Shown here piece after piece: positions 9,090 through 18,696 of a DNA stretch of 34,202 nt (position 1 is its first letter; each line of letters begins with the position of its first letter). The notes beneath the pieces were generated by a model, which ran no database searches, was not told where the DNA came from, and worked only from the letters and a program-made list of their open reading frames with translations. The stretch comes from a virus (Duplodnaviria; Heunggongvirae; Uroviricota; Caudoviricetes). The position numbers and the translations under genes were made by a program. The DNA lies in the IMG/VR virus record IMGVR_UViG_2531839481_000004, positions 1 to 34,202 of that record; one strand, given 5' to 3'.

Positions 9090-9990
9090 CCGTTCCCCCG
9101 TTGGTCACGCTCCACTCCGTACATGATGCCGCCTGTGTTTTGTTCAGGACCACATCCGCCAGCGGAGAAGCCAGTTCCACACGTTGAACACCCTCAACAT
9201 GCAGAGCAGCAAAGATGGCGCTACGGCGAATATCCCGACCAAGCCTCGTCTGGCTGGCAATGTACTTCTGCAGACTGGCTTTTGCCGCTGCCATTACCGG
9301 CTCTGCCTCCGGTCCCGGATAGAGAAAAATGGTGGCTTCCACGCGATACGGGATGATTTCTGCGCTGCGAACCGTAAGACGGTCAGCCACCGGGCGGACG
9401 TTCTCACTGTTCAGAGCTTTTTCCACCACGTCCAGCAGGTCTTTTTCTGCAGTTCCATCGCCTTCGCGGCTAAGGACAGTCAGCACCACCTCTGCAGGTG
9501 CCGGGCTGGTTGCGCTGGCATCCGCCACCCGACCGTCGGCGCTTCGGGCATGAAATTCATAAGCTGCAGTTGGCCCCGCAACAGAAAGCCCTTCAAAGGC
9601 TGCAGGCACACGCAGGCGTAACGCTTCATCGCTTTCCATCACAGCTGCAACGGGCGGCACAGCATCATTATCAGCAGGCGTCACCGTCAGGCGTTTCACG
9701 TTGTAGTTGGCAGCGAGCTGGTCAAGATCGCCGCCCATCGCGTAAGCCACCATCACCGCCTGCGCGGCTTCGTTAATGCGCTGGCGCAGAAGCAACTCAC
9801 GGTAAGCGTTCTCCTGCAACAATTTAGTGACGGGTTCAGATTCCAGTTCCAGCGTGCGGATCACGGCTTCCTGCTCATCTTTCGGATGAAGCGCCACAAA
9901 TTCTGCCTTGCGTTCGGCAAGCAGCGTCTCAAAGTCCGGCACATCCACAATCTGCGGCGCAGGCAACTGCGAAAGGTCAATCACTGCCAT
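9082..9990 (-). CDS. baseplate wedge protein (gpJ-like)
   Basis: MAVIDLSQLPAP... resembles P2 gpJ from the N-terminus onward; ATG at 9988-9990 (track ORF is 5'-extended). Confidence 0.85.
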   Translation of the reverse strand: MAVIDLSQLPAPQIVDVPDFETLLAERKAEFVALHPKDEQEAVIRTLELESEPVTKLLQENAYRELLLRQRINEAAQAVMVAYAMGGDLDQLAANYNVKRLTVTPADNDAVPPVAAVMESDEALRLRVPAAFEGLSVAGPTAAYEFHARSADGRVADASATSPAPAEVVLTVLSREGDGTAEKDLLDVVEKALNSENVRPVADRLTVRSAEIIPYRVEATIFLYPGPEAEPVMAAAKASLQKYIASQTRLGRDIRRSAIFAALHVEGVQRVELASPLADVVLNKTQAASCTEWSVTNGGTDE

Positions 9991-10336
9991 TCTCTGCTCC
10001 TGTTGATACGGAAAGGGAAACAGGCACACCGTTATTACGCCGCCCGCTCAGCGCCACCACCATTGAACCGTCAAAATTGCTGTTGATGGTGATGGAATCC
10101 AGCGTCATCCGTGGCTCCCAGCGACTCAGCGCCACATACACTGCCGACATGACCTGCAGGCGTAATGCCGGATTTTGTGGCTGGTCTATCAGTGCCGACA
10201 GCAGGGAACCATATTCACGCCGAGCAATGCGGCTACCCTGCGGCGTCAGCAGAATGTCCCGCACCGACTGGCGCAGATGGTCAATATCAGTAATGACTTT
10301 GCCGCTGGTATTGTTCATCCCGCTATAAAGCGTCAT
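9977..10336 (-). CDS. baseplate protein gpW (gp25-like)
   Basis: 119 aa, resembles P2 gpW. Confidence 0.85.
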   Translation of the reverse strand: MTLYSGMNNTSGKVITDIDHLRQSVRDILLTPQGSRIARREYGSLLSALIDQPQNPALRLQVMSAVYVALSRWEPRMTLDSITINSNFDGSMVVALSGRRNNGVPVSLSVSTGAENGSD

Positions 10337-10911
10337 ACCGGGCCTCCGGTTGTATCGCCGCCTTTCAGGACGCCAGTATGCTGATGCGCATCAACCACGA
10401 TCCCGTTAGAACTCATCGCTCCGCCGCCCTGGGTAACGCCACCATTGATCACCACTTCGCTGTTAATGCGCGTGCGGTCAGCCTCCAGTACAAACTCACT
10501 GGTTTTCATGGTGATGTTGTCAGCGGCCTCAATGACCATTGATTTGATGCCCCTGACATACCAGCGCCCGGTGGCGGGTTCGTATTCAAACCAGCCACCG
10601 TCAGGATGTTCTGTCACGCAGGCGTCCGCCGACGTCGACGGTGGCGCGAACTGATTCGAATAGATGGCGGGTAACGCAAAGGCGGTTTCCAGATTGCCGC
10701 CCAGACTCAGCAGCACCACCTGCTCACCTTCCGATGGTCGCCACCATGTGCGGGCATTCCCGGCACGCAGCGTCAGCCAGCTGATCCAGTTGGTTTCAAG
10801 CTCGCCCGTTTTCACCCGGCAAAGCCAGTTTTCCCTGTCCACTTCGGTGACTACCCCAGTGCGGATCAGGTTGGTGATAAGGCGCATGATTTCGGTTAAT
10901 TGTGCGTTCAT
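10333..10911 (-). CDS. baseplate spike/assembly protein gpV
   Basis: 192 aa, N-terminus aligns with P2 gpV. Confidence 0.85.
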   Translation of the reverse strand: MNAQLTEIMRLITNLIRTGVVTEVDRENWLCRVKTGELETNWISWLTLRAGNARTWWRPSEGEQVVLLSLGGNLETAFALPAIYSNQFAPPSTSADACVTEHPDGGWFEYEPATGRWYVRGIKSMVIEAADNITMKTSEFVLEADRTRINSEVVINGGVTQGGGAMSSNGIVVDAHQHTGVLKGGDTTGGPV

Positions 10912-10957
10912 AGGGAAAGGTTGCCATCAGGGGAAGAAAGGCGGCAGTGCTGCAACT

Positions 10958-10975
10958 TGTATCAGTGCTGATACA
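10958..10975 (-). promoter_or_regulatory. Ogr/B-type late promoter site (perfect dyad TGTATCAG-TG-CTGATACA) upstream of V
   Basis: TGT-N12-ACA dyad in the S-V intergenic region. Confidence 0.45.
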
Positions 10976-10979
10976 AAAA

Positions 10980-11426
10980 TCACCCCGCCAACCATTGCAG
11001 AATCATGTCGCGGGTCATTGCCTCAACATCATCATTTACGCCCAGAAGGCGACGCTCTGCGTAACGGACCTCCGGTCCTTTGCGGCTGACGCGATCACGC
11101 AGGCCATAATGGTGAACGCGGGCAATGCGCTGCACCTTACCTTCAAACTGCACGCTGGCAGAATCCTCGCTGGCGGCGGTTTTCAGGTATTTTGTGGTGC
11201 GAAGTTTTGTAAACATCTGCCGTTTGATGCGGCCTTTTTTACTGCGTGCTGTTACTCGCCTCGGTTCATAGCTGCTGCCATCTGGATTGCGCTGCATCCT
11301 GATATTCTGCTGCTGTGTCCGGCGCAGTTCCTGCGCCAGCTGGCGCATCATGCGGCTTCTCGTGGCTGGTTCCAGATTCGCCAGCAAGGCACTCAGCCAG
11401 TCGTCCACCTTCTGCAGTTCAGCCAC
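10980..11426 (-). CDS. tail completion protein gpS
   Basis: 148 aa, synteny; start codon appears to be GTG. Confidence 0.7.
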   Translation of the reverse strand: MAELQKVDDWLSALLANLEPATRSRMMRQLAQELRRTQQQNIRMQRNPDGSSYEPRRVTARSKKGRIKRQMFTKLRTTKYLKTAASEDSASVQFEGKVQRIARVHHYGLRDRVSRKGPEVRYAERRLLGVNDDVEAMTRDMILQWLAG

Positions 11427-11850
11427 GTTTCACCGTCCACATTTCTTCAGGTTCATCGGGTTCTGCTACAGCTTCAACGCTCGACACACTGCCGTCAGTG
11501 CTGACCAGCACACGTTCCGTCAGTTGCAGATTAAGGCTGATATCACAGACATCGTTGCGCAAAATATCCACATCAAAGGTGAATAGCTTTTCCCGTAACG
11601 CCGGGTTATTGATGGCATCGGGCTGGTTATCCCGAAGCCACAGTAAAACCGGGGCCATCAGCAGATTCTGGTCGCCGCTGAAATCCTCTATCACCACGTT
11701 CAGGGTATAGCGGTACTCCCATGACATGGAGCTGGCCCCCGTGGCAACCAGCGAACCGTTATCCACAAACAGATGCAGTTTGTCCGGGTTATTGCGGACA
11801 TAAGGCACAGCTTTATTGAGGGCGTGGCGCAGGGATTGTGGTTTGTTCAC
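11419..11850 (-). CDS. tail completion protein gpR
   Basis: resembles P2 gpR (SLRHALNKAV... FVDNGS...); probable GTG start with AGGAGC SD, track start is TTG at 11871. Confidence 0.7.
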   Translation of the reverse strand: MNKPQSLRHALNKAVPYVRNNPDKLHLFVDNGSLVATGASSMSWEYRYTLNVVIEDFSGDQNLLMAPVLLWLRDNQPDAINNPALREKLFTFDVDILRNDVCDISLNLQLTERVLVSTDGSVSSVEAVAEPDEPEEMWTVKRG

Positions 11851-12103
11851 TGTTTCGCTCCTGACACGCAATAATCATGTCCACTTTGTCTGCACAGACC
11901 GCCCAGGCGGCCTCCGTTTCATCCAGCAACGCATTCAGATCACCGTTAGTGCGCGGTGCTGCCTGCTCCAGCCGACACGGCGTCACTCGCGGACAACCAC
12001 TGACGGTAAGCTGCACCTCCGGTGAGTGCCGGACGTTCCCGCAGCCGGATAATGTCAGCAGGCAAAGGAGTATCAGCCCAGTGGCGTAAATCCTCGTTCT
12101 CAC
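11813..12103 (-). CDS. outer-membrane spanin lipoprotein (LysC/Rz1-like), embedded in the lysB 3' end
   Basis: lipobox LLTLSGC, +1 frame overlap with lysB; apparent GTG start. Confidence 0.55.
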   Translation of the reverse strand: MRTRIYATGLILLCLLTLSGCGNVRHSPEVQLTVSGCPRVTPCRLEQAAPRTNGDLNALLDETEAAWAVCADKVDMIIACQERNSEQTTIPAPRPQ

Positions 12104-12374
12104 GTTTCAGTTCCTCGATCCGGCGTTGTCGTTGTCTCAGCTGTGCGCTGGTCTGTTCTGCTTCGGCATAGAGCCGCGCCTGCTCCCGGTTATTGGTTTC
12201 AGTCAGAATGGACAGGCTGATAAGCTGGCTGTTGCTCTTTGCCAGTGCCTGGCTTTTGCTCTGCAGCTCGTTTGCCTGCGTGCTGATGGTCTGGCTGGCA
12301 TCAGCCAGCCGCCACGTCTGCCAGCCCAGCGCCGCCAGTAATAACGCCAGCACAACCAGCAGCAACCGGTTCAT
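11946..12374 (-). CDS. inner-membrane spanin (LysB/Rz-like)
   Basis: N-terminal TM helix followed by coiled coil, 142 aa. Confidence 0.7.
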   Translation of the reverse strand: MNRLLLVVLALLLAALGWQTWRLADASQTISTQANELQSKSQALAKSNSQLISLSILTETNNREQARLYAEAEQTSAQLRQRQRRIEELKRENEDLRHWADTPLPADIIRLRERPALTGGAAYRQWLSASDAVSAGAGSTAH

Positions 12375-12748
12375 GCTGCTACCTGTTGCGCCATCTGATT
12401 ACGGGTGATCCAGAAGGCAATAACGGTCAGTAGATAAAAGACCAGGGTAATAGCCCACCCCGTCCATGCGAGACTTACAACAATCAGCAATCGCATCACC
12501 CAACTGATAAATACGTTTTCTTTTCGGGTAATTGTCTTCAGCAAAGATGCCCTTAACTCCTGCCAGAGCGGGCCATTCTGAATTAACGCAGCCAGTGCTA
12601 CCGGAATTACCGCCCATGTCAGCAAACAGGCTACCCAAACGCCGGACGCTGCCAGTACCGGAAAGATCCCCTGCGGATACACCATTGCTGCGATTAACAG
12701 CGCCATCCATAACATCAGAAACAGTCCGCTGATTAATTTCTTTTTCAT
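12371..12748 (-). CDS. LysA-like membrane protein (lysis timing)
   Basis: about 4 predicted TM helices, position after endolysin; ATG at 12746-12748. Confidence 0.55.
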   Translation of the reverse strand: MKKKLISGLFLMLWMALLIAAMVYPQGIFPVLAASGVWVACLLTWAVIPVALAALIQNGPLWQELRASLLKTITRKENVFISWVMRLLIVVSLAWTGWAITLVFYLLTVIAFWITRNQMAQQVAA

Positions 12749-12749
12749 T

Positions 12750-13262
12750 TCAGTTTGCTCCCTGTAAACACCAGGCCATCTCCCGCGCACGGCGGTTATC
12801 CAGCCCCTGATTAAACACACCTTTTACATAAACCCAGCGCGGTAACTGTCGGCACGCATCCGCCCAGCGCCGCTGATTGAGCAATTTCACCAGCGTGGAG
12901 CTGCAGGCATTGCCTGTCCCCACGTTGAAGGCAAACGACACCACCGAGTCATACACCTTTTGTGGCGGCTGTTGCTTCACACACCTTTCCAGCGCCCGCT
13001 CCACACGCAGCACGTTGGAGATCAGCCCTTCTGCTGCCTGTCGCTCCGTAATGGTTTTGCCGGGAATGACGCCCGATGTATTACCAATGCCGTCGGTCCA
13101 GACACCCGCGCTGCACTGATACGGCTGCAGACGACAGCCTTCGTAATCGGCAATCAGTTTCAGCCCCTCCACGGAGGTGTGAAGCTGCTGAAAACCCGGC
13201 AGCGTGGCAGCAATAGCCAGCACGGTCCCGACAAGGCAGCGTTTAACGATTGATGGATTCAT
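12750..13262 (-). CDS. SAR endolysin (lysozyme with N-terminal signal-anchor-release domain)
   Basis: EGCRLQPYQCSAGVWTDGIGNT matches the P1 Lyz/phage 21 R catalytic region; N-terminal hydrophobic LVGTVLAIAATLPGF. Confidence 0.85.
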   Translation of the reverse strand: MNPSIVKRCLVGTVLAIAATLPGFQQLHTSVEGLKLIADYEGCRLQPYQCSAGVWTDGIGNTSGVIPGKTITERQAAEGLISNVLRVERALERCVKQQPPQKVYDSVVSFAFNVGTGNACSSTLVKLLNQRRWADACRQLPRWVYVKGVFNQGLDNRRAREMAWCLQGAN

Positions 13263-13458
13263 AGTCCTCCCGCGAGATCTGCCCGTCGCGCAGAAGCTGG
13301 TAGGCTTTGTGTTTGTAGTACCAGTTGATAGCCAGCATCAGCACACCAATCATCAGGCCGCCCAGCGTTGAGGCATCCTTGATGGACAAATCGCCCAGCC
13401 AGGCCAGCACGACGGCGATGCAATACGTGATAAAGGCGCTGATTCGCTCAAGCGTCAT
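13243..13458 (-). CDS. holin (two-TM, pinholin-like size class)
   Basis: 71 aa, two hydrophobic helices, charged C-terminus, directly upstream of the endolysin. Confidence 0.7.
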   Translation of the reverse strand: MTLERISAFITYCIAVVLAWLGDLSIKDASTLGGLMIGVLMLAINWYYKHKAYQLLRDGQISREDYESINR

Positions 13459-13461
13459 AAT

Positions 13462-13665
13462 TCAGTCCCATAGCTGGACGGTCTGCACGGTGGTGGGGGT
13501 CGGAATGTCCGGCAGCTCCACCTGCAGCCCGTGAGGTAAAAAGGGGCCGTATTCGGCAAGCCCCGGATTTGCCTTCAGTACCTGCTCCGTGACACCCTGC
13601 GTGCGCCCGTAATGACGCCAGCAAAGCGCGTCCACCGTGTCATACTGATGCGCACGCACTTTCAT
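13462..13665 (-). CDS. tail protein gpX (LysM-like)
   Basis: 67 aa, synteny with P2 X. Confidence 0.7.
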   Translation of the reverse strand: MKVRAHQYDTVDALCWRHYGRTQGVTEQVLKANPGLAEYGPFLPHGLQVELPDIPTPTTVQTVQLWD

Positions 13666-14129
13666 CAGATAAGCTCCACTGTGCAGTGCGGCGCATCCTG
13701 TACCCGGCTGATGGCCCAGCGGGCGTCACGCCACAAATCACCGCTGGCTTCTGCCAGTTCTTCGCCCCGCTTCACACCGGATGCCGTGGCGTCATAATCC
13801 TGGTATCGTTCGTTGAGCATGGCGCGTGCCCAGCAGTAAACCGCGTTGAAATAGTGCTGAATGCGCTCACTTTTGCCGTCCAGCTGTTCCGCCGGAACCT
13901 CTGCCAGCGAGGCATATCCCAGCATCTGCTGGCGTCTGCGAAACTCATACAGCTCTGCGTTGACCTCCGAAATTGCCGACAGCGCAACCTGCTTTAAACG
14001 CGGCTGTGTCACCGTGCCGTCAGTGCGCATCACACTGCGGAACTCCGACAGGTCCACATCAGGCCAGAACGGCGTATTTCTGATGATTTCCGCCTGTTCC
14101 GGTGCCTGTTCTGGCGCAACAAACTTCAT
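13665..14129 (-). CDS. head completion/stabilisation protein gpL
   Basis: aligns with P2 gpL (IRNTPFWPDVDL...); ATG at 14127-14129 with AGGAGA SD (track start at 14192 is GTG). Confidence 0.8.
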   Translation of the reverse strand: MKFVAPEQAPEQAEIIRNTPFWPDVDLSEFRSVMRTDGTVTQPRLKQVALSAISEVNAELYEFRRRQQMLGYASLAEVPAEQLDGKSERIQHYFNAVYCWARAMLNERYQDYDATASGVKRGEELAEASGDLWRDARWAISRVQDAPHCTVELI

Positions 14130-14224
14130 GCTGCTGTCTCCTGAAATAGAGGGCGGTGGACGGGGTTTTGATGTGGCAGTGCCTTTCGCCACCCCGTGCC
14201 GCCCGTGCGCGGGGGCACGTTCTG

Positions 14225-14875
14225 TCAGCGGCTGTCATTGCGCAGTCTGCGCTCCAGCTGCTGTTTGTCTTTTTTCACGCCACAGCGGGGATCGAGCTGT
14301 AACGCATGGTTGAGATGGTTAAGGGCGGACGCCGGATTGCTTTCACTCAGGACCGCGCCAATCGCTTTATGCAGACGCGCCCGTGACTGGTCCGGCATAT
14401 CCAGACCGTCTGTCAGCTCCAGCGTCTGCAGCAACAGATCGGCATCAAAGCCGGTGGCGGCAAGCATTGCGCTCTGCGCGGCGTCTGCCATTTCCTCTGC
14501 CAGCACGGTCTGCACGTTGCGGTTACCCAGCGGCATCACCCAGCCATGACGCAGGGCATGACGCCCGATCTCCAGCGCCCCGGCATAATCTCCGGCATCA
14601 ATGCGCCACAGCATCACGTACATCAGCACGTCATCCTGTTGAGCGCCTCCGGCAGCCAGGACACCCTCTGCCCAGGCGGCGTACTTCGGCAGCAGCTCCA
14701 CCTTGATTTCCGCTTTTTTGACCGTGGACTGAACGCCCTTGAGACGGCGGCGGTCTTCCGCCAGTTGCAGCAGCATCAGGTCATAGCCCGATGCGTGGCG
14801 AACACTGCCGCCCTCGCGGGCGGCCTGTTCAGCCTGAACGCGCAGGCGATGCTGCCGTGCGGGACTCAGGCTCAT
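14225..14875 (-). CDS. terminase small (endonuclease) subunit gpM
   Basis: 216 aa, synteny. Confidence 0.8.
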   Translation of the reverse strand: MSLSPARQHRLRVQAEQAAREGGSVRHASGYDLMLLQLAEDRRRLKGVQSTVKKAEIKVELLPKYAAWAEGVLAAGGAQQDDVLMYVMLWRIDAGDYAGALEIGRHALRHGWVMPLGNRNVQTVLAEEMADAAQSAMLAATGFDADLLLQTLELTDGLDMPDQSRARLHKAIGAVLSESNPASALNHLNHALQLDPRCGVKKDKQQLERRLRNDSR

Positions 14876-14878
14876 GGA

Positions 14879-15937
14879 TTACGCTCCGGTTTCGGCTGCG
14901 GCGGCGCTGAAATCACCAATCTGGATGTTTTCCACCAGTGCGGCACAGCGGTAGTCCTCAACCACATAGGCTTCGTTAACGGATTCAAAGTTTTCAATCC
15001 GGTCACGTTTCGGGTTGTCGATAACTGAACGGCGGCGGGTGTCTTCCTGCCAGTAGATGGACAGGTTATCCAGACGGGTGATCAGCAGCGCATTCGGCGG
15101 GAAGAACGGCGCACGCACGGCCTGCAGGCCACCCATGCGTTTCTGACTGATGATCATATCGGCAGCCAGTTTTTCACTGTTTTCCTGCTCTTTGTTGACC
15201 AGCGGGAAATACTTGTCAGACAGCAGTTCACGACCGCAAATCACCACCAGATCGTCATCGTCCTGGTAGACCACGTCGATAAGCTCATTGACGGCATCCA
15301 TCACCACGGCGTCCAGGTTGGCATATTCGCCACCTTTCCCGACTTTCACTGCGCCCGGTGTGGTTTCACCGCCCGTGGTGGTGCTGCCCATGACGTGATC
15401 CGGTGCATCCTCACGGATTTTCTGCAGCCAGCCTTTATTCACATCCTGCAGTAGCGGGTTTTCGCTACGGTTGGAGGTTTTCGCACGCTTCACGCCGTTA
15501 AAGCCGATCATGATGCGGTCCAGTGCCTGACGTTTCACGATGGCGTTACGGATACGCACCTGGAAATCCTGAAACTTCGCCCACAGGTCCAGCTTCGCGT
15601 AGGTCAGTACCGTGTCAAAGTTGGTCTGCTCGCATTTGTATTCCACATCGACCATCAGCGTCGGATCGACAGGCTCACGCTCTTTCGCGGTGGTGTCAGT
15701 GGTTCCGGCAATGGTGCTGCCAACACCCAGCCCCAGCAGCTGACCGGACTGCTCAGTCACTGGCGTGACGTTAATCAGCGTCAGGAAAGCGGCGGACTGC
15801 TGGATTTGGTCTTCCAGCGTCTGCTGCACAGACGGCTCCACAGTGAACTTGCTGGACAGTTCTTCAACTGCCACACCGTTCAGACGCGCCAGCTGCTGCA
15901 GGTAAGCGTTAAAAGCAAAGCGGGTATTCTTCTTCAT
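14879..15937 (-). CDS. major capsid protein gpN
   Basis: 352 aa, synteny. Confidence 0.9.
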   Translation of the reverse strand: MKKNTRFAFNAYLQQLARLNGVAVEELSSKFTVEPSVQQTLEDQIQQSAAFLTLINVTPVTEQSGQLLGLGVGSTIAGTTDTTAKEREPVDPTLMVDVEYKCEQTNFDTVLTYAKLDLWAKFQDFQVRIRNAIVKRQALDRIMIGFNGVKRAKTSNRSENPLLQDVNKGWLQKIREDAPDHVMGSTTTGGETTPGAVKVGKGGEYANLDAVVMDAVNELIDVVYQDDDDLVVICGRELLSDKYFPLVNKEQENSEKLAADMIISQKRMGGLQAVRAPFFPPNALLITRLDNLSIYWQEDTRRRSVIDNPKRDRIENFESVNEAYVVEDYRCAALVENIQIGDFSAAAAETGA

Positions 15938-15953
15938 CAGGTTTTGTGCTCCA

Positions 15954-16787
15954 TCAGCAATTGGTCAGAGTGTCAGCGGGGGCGTTACCGCCTGTTGCAC
16001 GCTGGCGGTAGTCCTGGCGGCTGTCTTCATGACTCAGCTTATTCACCAGTTCGTTAAAGGCGGTTTGCTGCTCCTGCAGAGCAGTCTCCAGTTCAGACAG
16101 GCGTTCTTCCTGCTCAGACAGGGATTTTTCGGTGCGTGCGCTCAGGTTCTGCTGCTCAGTGGCGACCAGCTCCACGGCCTTATGCACATCAGAGAACCGG
16201 GCGTCATCGGACTGCTCTTTTTTGGTAAACAACGCCGTGACACGGGCAAACAGGGACGGTTTGTCATCCTGGATTTCTTCCAGTTCGATCACCGTTTCCT
16301 CTGCAGCGGTAAAGAGATTTGCAGGATTCTGCTTGCGGTTTGCCAGCGGGTTATGAGCTGCACTGGCGCTGAATGTCAGCATTTCAGTGCCCAGACTGGC
16401 AGGGTCATCAGTGGCAGCCAGGCCAACCAGGTAGGCTTTGCCCGTATCAGCGAACTTCGGGCTGACTTCCATAGAGGTGAATAATTTCTGGCCTTTTTTC
16501 ACCAGCTCCACCAGGGACTCCGTTGGCTCAACGTCGGCATACAGCGCCATCTTGCCTGCCAGTGGACCTTCCGTGATTTCTTCAGCAAACAGCGCCGTCA
16601 CCTTGCCGTAGCGGTTAAAGGTGCTGTCCGGCAGATAAGACTTGATGTGCTCAAGGTTAATCAGCGCGGTATACACCGCCGGGTTGTAGCTGGCTGCCAT
16701 CTGTTCCAGCCATTCACGCTGGATTTCGCGTCCATCGGTGGTGGCACCTTCCACCCCGATGCGAAAACGCTTTGCTTTCACTGTCAT
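15954..16787 (-). CDS. capsid scaffolding protein gpO
   Basis: 277 aa, synteny. Confidence 0.85.
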   Translation of the reverse strand: MTVKAKRFRIGVEGATTDGREIQREWLEQMAASYNPAVYTALINLEHIKSYLPDSTFNRYGKVTALFAEEITEGPLAGKMALYADVEPTESLVELVKKGQKLFTSMEVSPKFADTGKAYLVGLAATDDPASLGTEMLTFSASAAHNPLANRKQNPANLFTAAEETVIELEEIQDDKPSLFARVTALFTKKEQSDDARFSDVHKAVELVATEQQNLSARTEKSLSEQEERLSELETALQEQQTAFNELVNKLSHEDSRQDYRQRATGGNAPADTLTNC

Positions 16788-16865
16788 GAGCCGTGCTCCG
16801 TTAGAAAAAACTTACTGGAGCCTTATGGTTGCGGTGATGGGGGCAGTGAAACAATGCGCGGTATT

Positions 16866-16883
16866 TGTACCGACAACCACACA
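16866..16883. promoter_or_regulatory. Ogr/B-type late promoter site in the divergent O/P control region
   Basis: TGTACCGACAACCACACA (TGT-N12-ACA). Confidence 0.45.
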
Positions 16884-16929
16884 AACCGCAGGCGGGGAAA
16901 GCCTTCATTCAAGGCTGTAGGTTTGTGCC

Positions 16930-18696
16930 ATGAACACCACACTGACACCCGCAGATCTCGATCCCCGTCGGCAGGCCATGCTGCTGTACTTTCAGGGATA
17001 CCGCGTCGCCCGCATTGCTGAAATGCTGGGCGAGAAAGTTGCAACCGTTCATAGCTGGAAAAAACGCGACAAGTGGGGTGACTATGGGCCGCTGGATCAG
17101 ATGCAGCTCACCACCGCCGCACGCTACTGCCAGCTCATTATGAAGGAGCACAAAGAAGGGAAAGATTTCAAAGAGATTGACCTGCTGGCGCGCCAGTCGG
17201 AGCGCCACGCGCGCATCGGCAAGTTTAACAATGGCGGCAACGAAGCCGACTTAAACCCTAACGTCGCCAACCGCAACAAAGGCCCGCGCCGTCAGCCGGA
17301 AAAGAATGTTTTCACCGATGAACAGATTGAGAAGCTGGAAGAAATATTCCATTCCTCCATGTTCAACTACCAGCGCCACTGGTGGGAAGCCGGAAAAACC
17401 AATCGCATCCGCAACCTGCTGAAGTCTCGCCAGATCGGCGCGACCTTTTACTTTGCCCGTGAAGCCCTGATTGACGCCCTGCTGACCGGGCGTAACCAGA
17501 TTTTCCTTTCTGCCAGCAAGGCTCAGGCTCACGTCTTTAAACAGTACATCATCGACTTTGCCAAAGAAGTAGAGGTGGAGCTGAAAGGCGATCCGATGGT
17601 GCTTCCTAACGGGGCCACGCTTTACTTCCTCGGCACCAATGCCCGCACGGCCCAGAGTTACCACGGCAACCTGTATCTGGATGAATATTTCTGGATACCG
17701 AAATTCCAGGAGCTGCGCAAAGTGGCTTCCGGTATGGCTATTCACAAAAAATGGCGACAAACCTATTTTTCCACGCCATCCAGTCTGACACACAGTGCTT
17801 ATCCGTTCTGGTCCGGTGCGCTGTTCAACCGTGGGCGCAACAAAGCCGATAAGGTGGACATCGACCTGTCCCACAGCAATCTGGCCCCCGGCCTGCTGTG
17901 CGCAGACGGGCAATACCGCCAGATAGTCACCGTGGAAGATGCGGTGCGCGGCGGCTGTAACCTGTTCGACCTTGACCAGTTGCGCATGGAGTACAGCCCG
18001 GACGAATACCAGAACCTGCTGATGTGCGAGTTTGTGGACGATCTCGCGTCCGTGTTCCCGCTCAGCGAGCTGCAGGCGTGCATGGTAGACAGCTGGGAAA
18101 TCTGGACCGACTTTCATGCACTGGCGCTGCGCCCGTTTGGCTGGCGCGAAGTGTGGATCGGTTATGACCCGGCAAAAGGTACGCAGAACGGCGACAGTGC
18201 CGGATGCGTGGTGGTGGCACCGCCAGCCGTACCAGGTGGTAAGTTCCGCATTCTTGAGCGTCACCAGTGGCGCGGAATGGACTTCCGCGCCCAGGCTGAC
18301 GCCATCAAAAAACTGACCGAACAGTATAACGTGACCTACATCGGCATCGACTCAACCGGCGTTGGTCACGGGGTTTACGAGAACGTGAAAGCGTTTTTTC
18401 CTGCCGTCAGGGAGTTTGTCTACAACCCCAACGTTAAAAACGCCCTGGTACTCAAGGCCTACGACATTATCAGCCACCGCCGTCTGGAGTTTGACGCCGG
18501 ACACACCGACATAGCGCAGTCATTTATGGCAATCCGTCGCGCCACCACCGCCAGCGGCAACCGCCCGACCTATGAAGCCAACCGCAGCGAAGAAGCCAGC
18601 CATGCCGATCTGGCCTGGGCAACAATGCACGCACTGTTTAACGAACCGCTGCAGGGCGAGTCCGCCAATACCAGCAATATTGTGGAGATTTTTTGA
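16930..18696 (+). CDS. terminase large (ATPase) subunit gpP
   Basis: 588 aa, synteny, divergent from O. Confidence 0.9.
   Translation: MNTTLTPADLDPRRQAMLLYFQGYRVARIAEMLGEKVATVHSWKKRDKWGDYGPLDQMQLTTAARYCQLIMKEHKEGKDFKEIDLLARQSERHARIGKFNNGGNEADLNPNVANRNKGPRRQPEKNVFTDEQIEKLEEIFHSSMFNYQRHWWEAGKTNRIRNLLKSRQIGATFYFAREALIDALLTGRNQIFLSASKAQAHVFKQYIIDFAKEVEVELKGDPMVLPNGATLYFLGTNARTAQSYHGNLYLDEYFWIPKFQELRKVASGMAIHKKWRQTYFSTPSSLTHSAYPFWSGALFNRGRNKADKVDIDLSHSNLAPGLLCADGQYRQIVTVEDAVRGGCNLFDLDQLRMEYSPDEYQNLLMCEFVDDLASVFPLSELQACMVDSWEIWTDFHALALRPFGWREVWIGYDPAKGTQNGDSAGCVVVAPPAVPGGKFRILERHQWRGMDFRAQADAIKKLTEQYNVTYIGIDSTGVGHGVYENVKAFFPAVREFVYNPNVKNALVLKAYDIISHRRLEFDAGHTDIAQSFMAIRRATTASGNRPTYEANRSEEASHADLAWATMHALFNEPLQGESANTSNIVEIF

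Noticed and set aside
16891-16903. ggcggggaaagcc resembling the P2/186 cohesive-end core
   Set aside because: It lies in the O/P divergent promoter region, whereas cos in this family lies beyond Q; the candidate at 21529-21547 has the expected position and orientation, so this is more likely chance similarity or part of a local hairpin.
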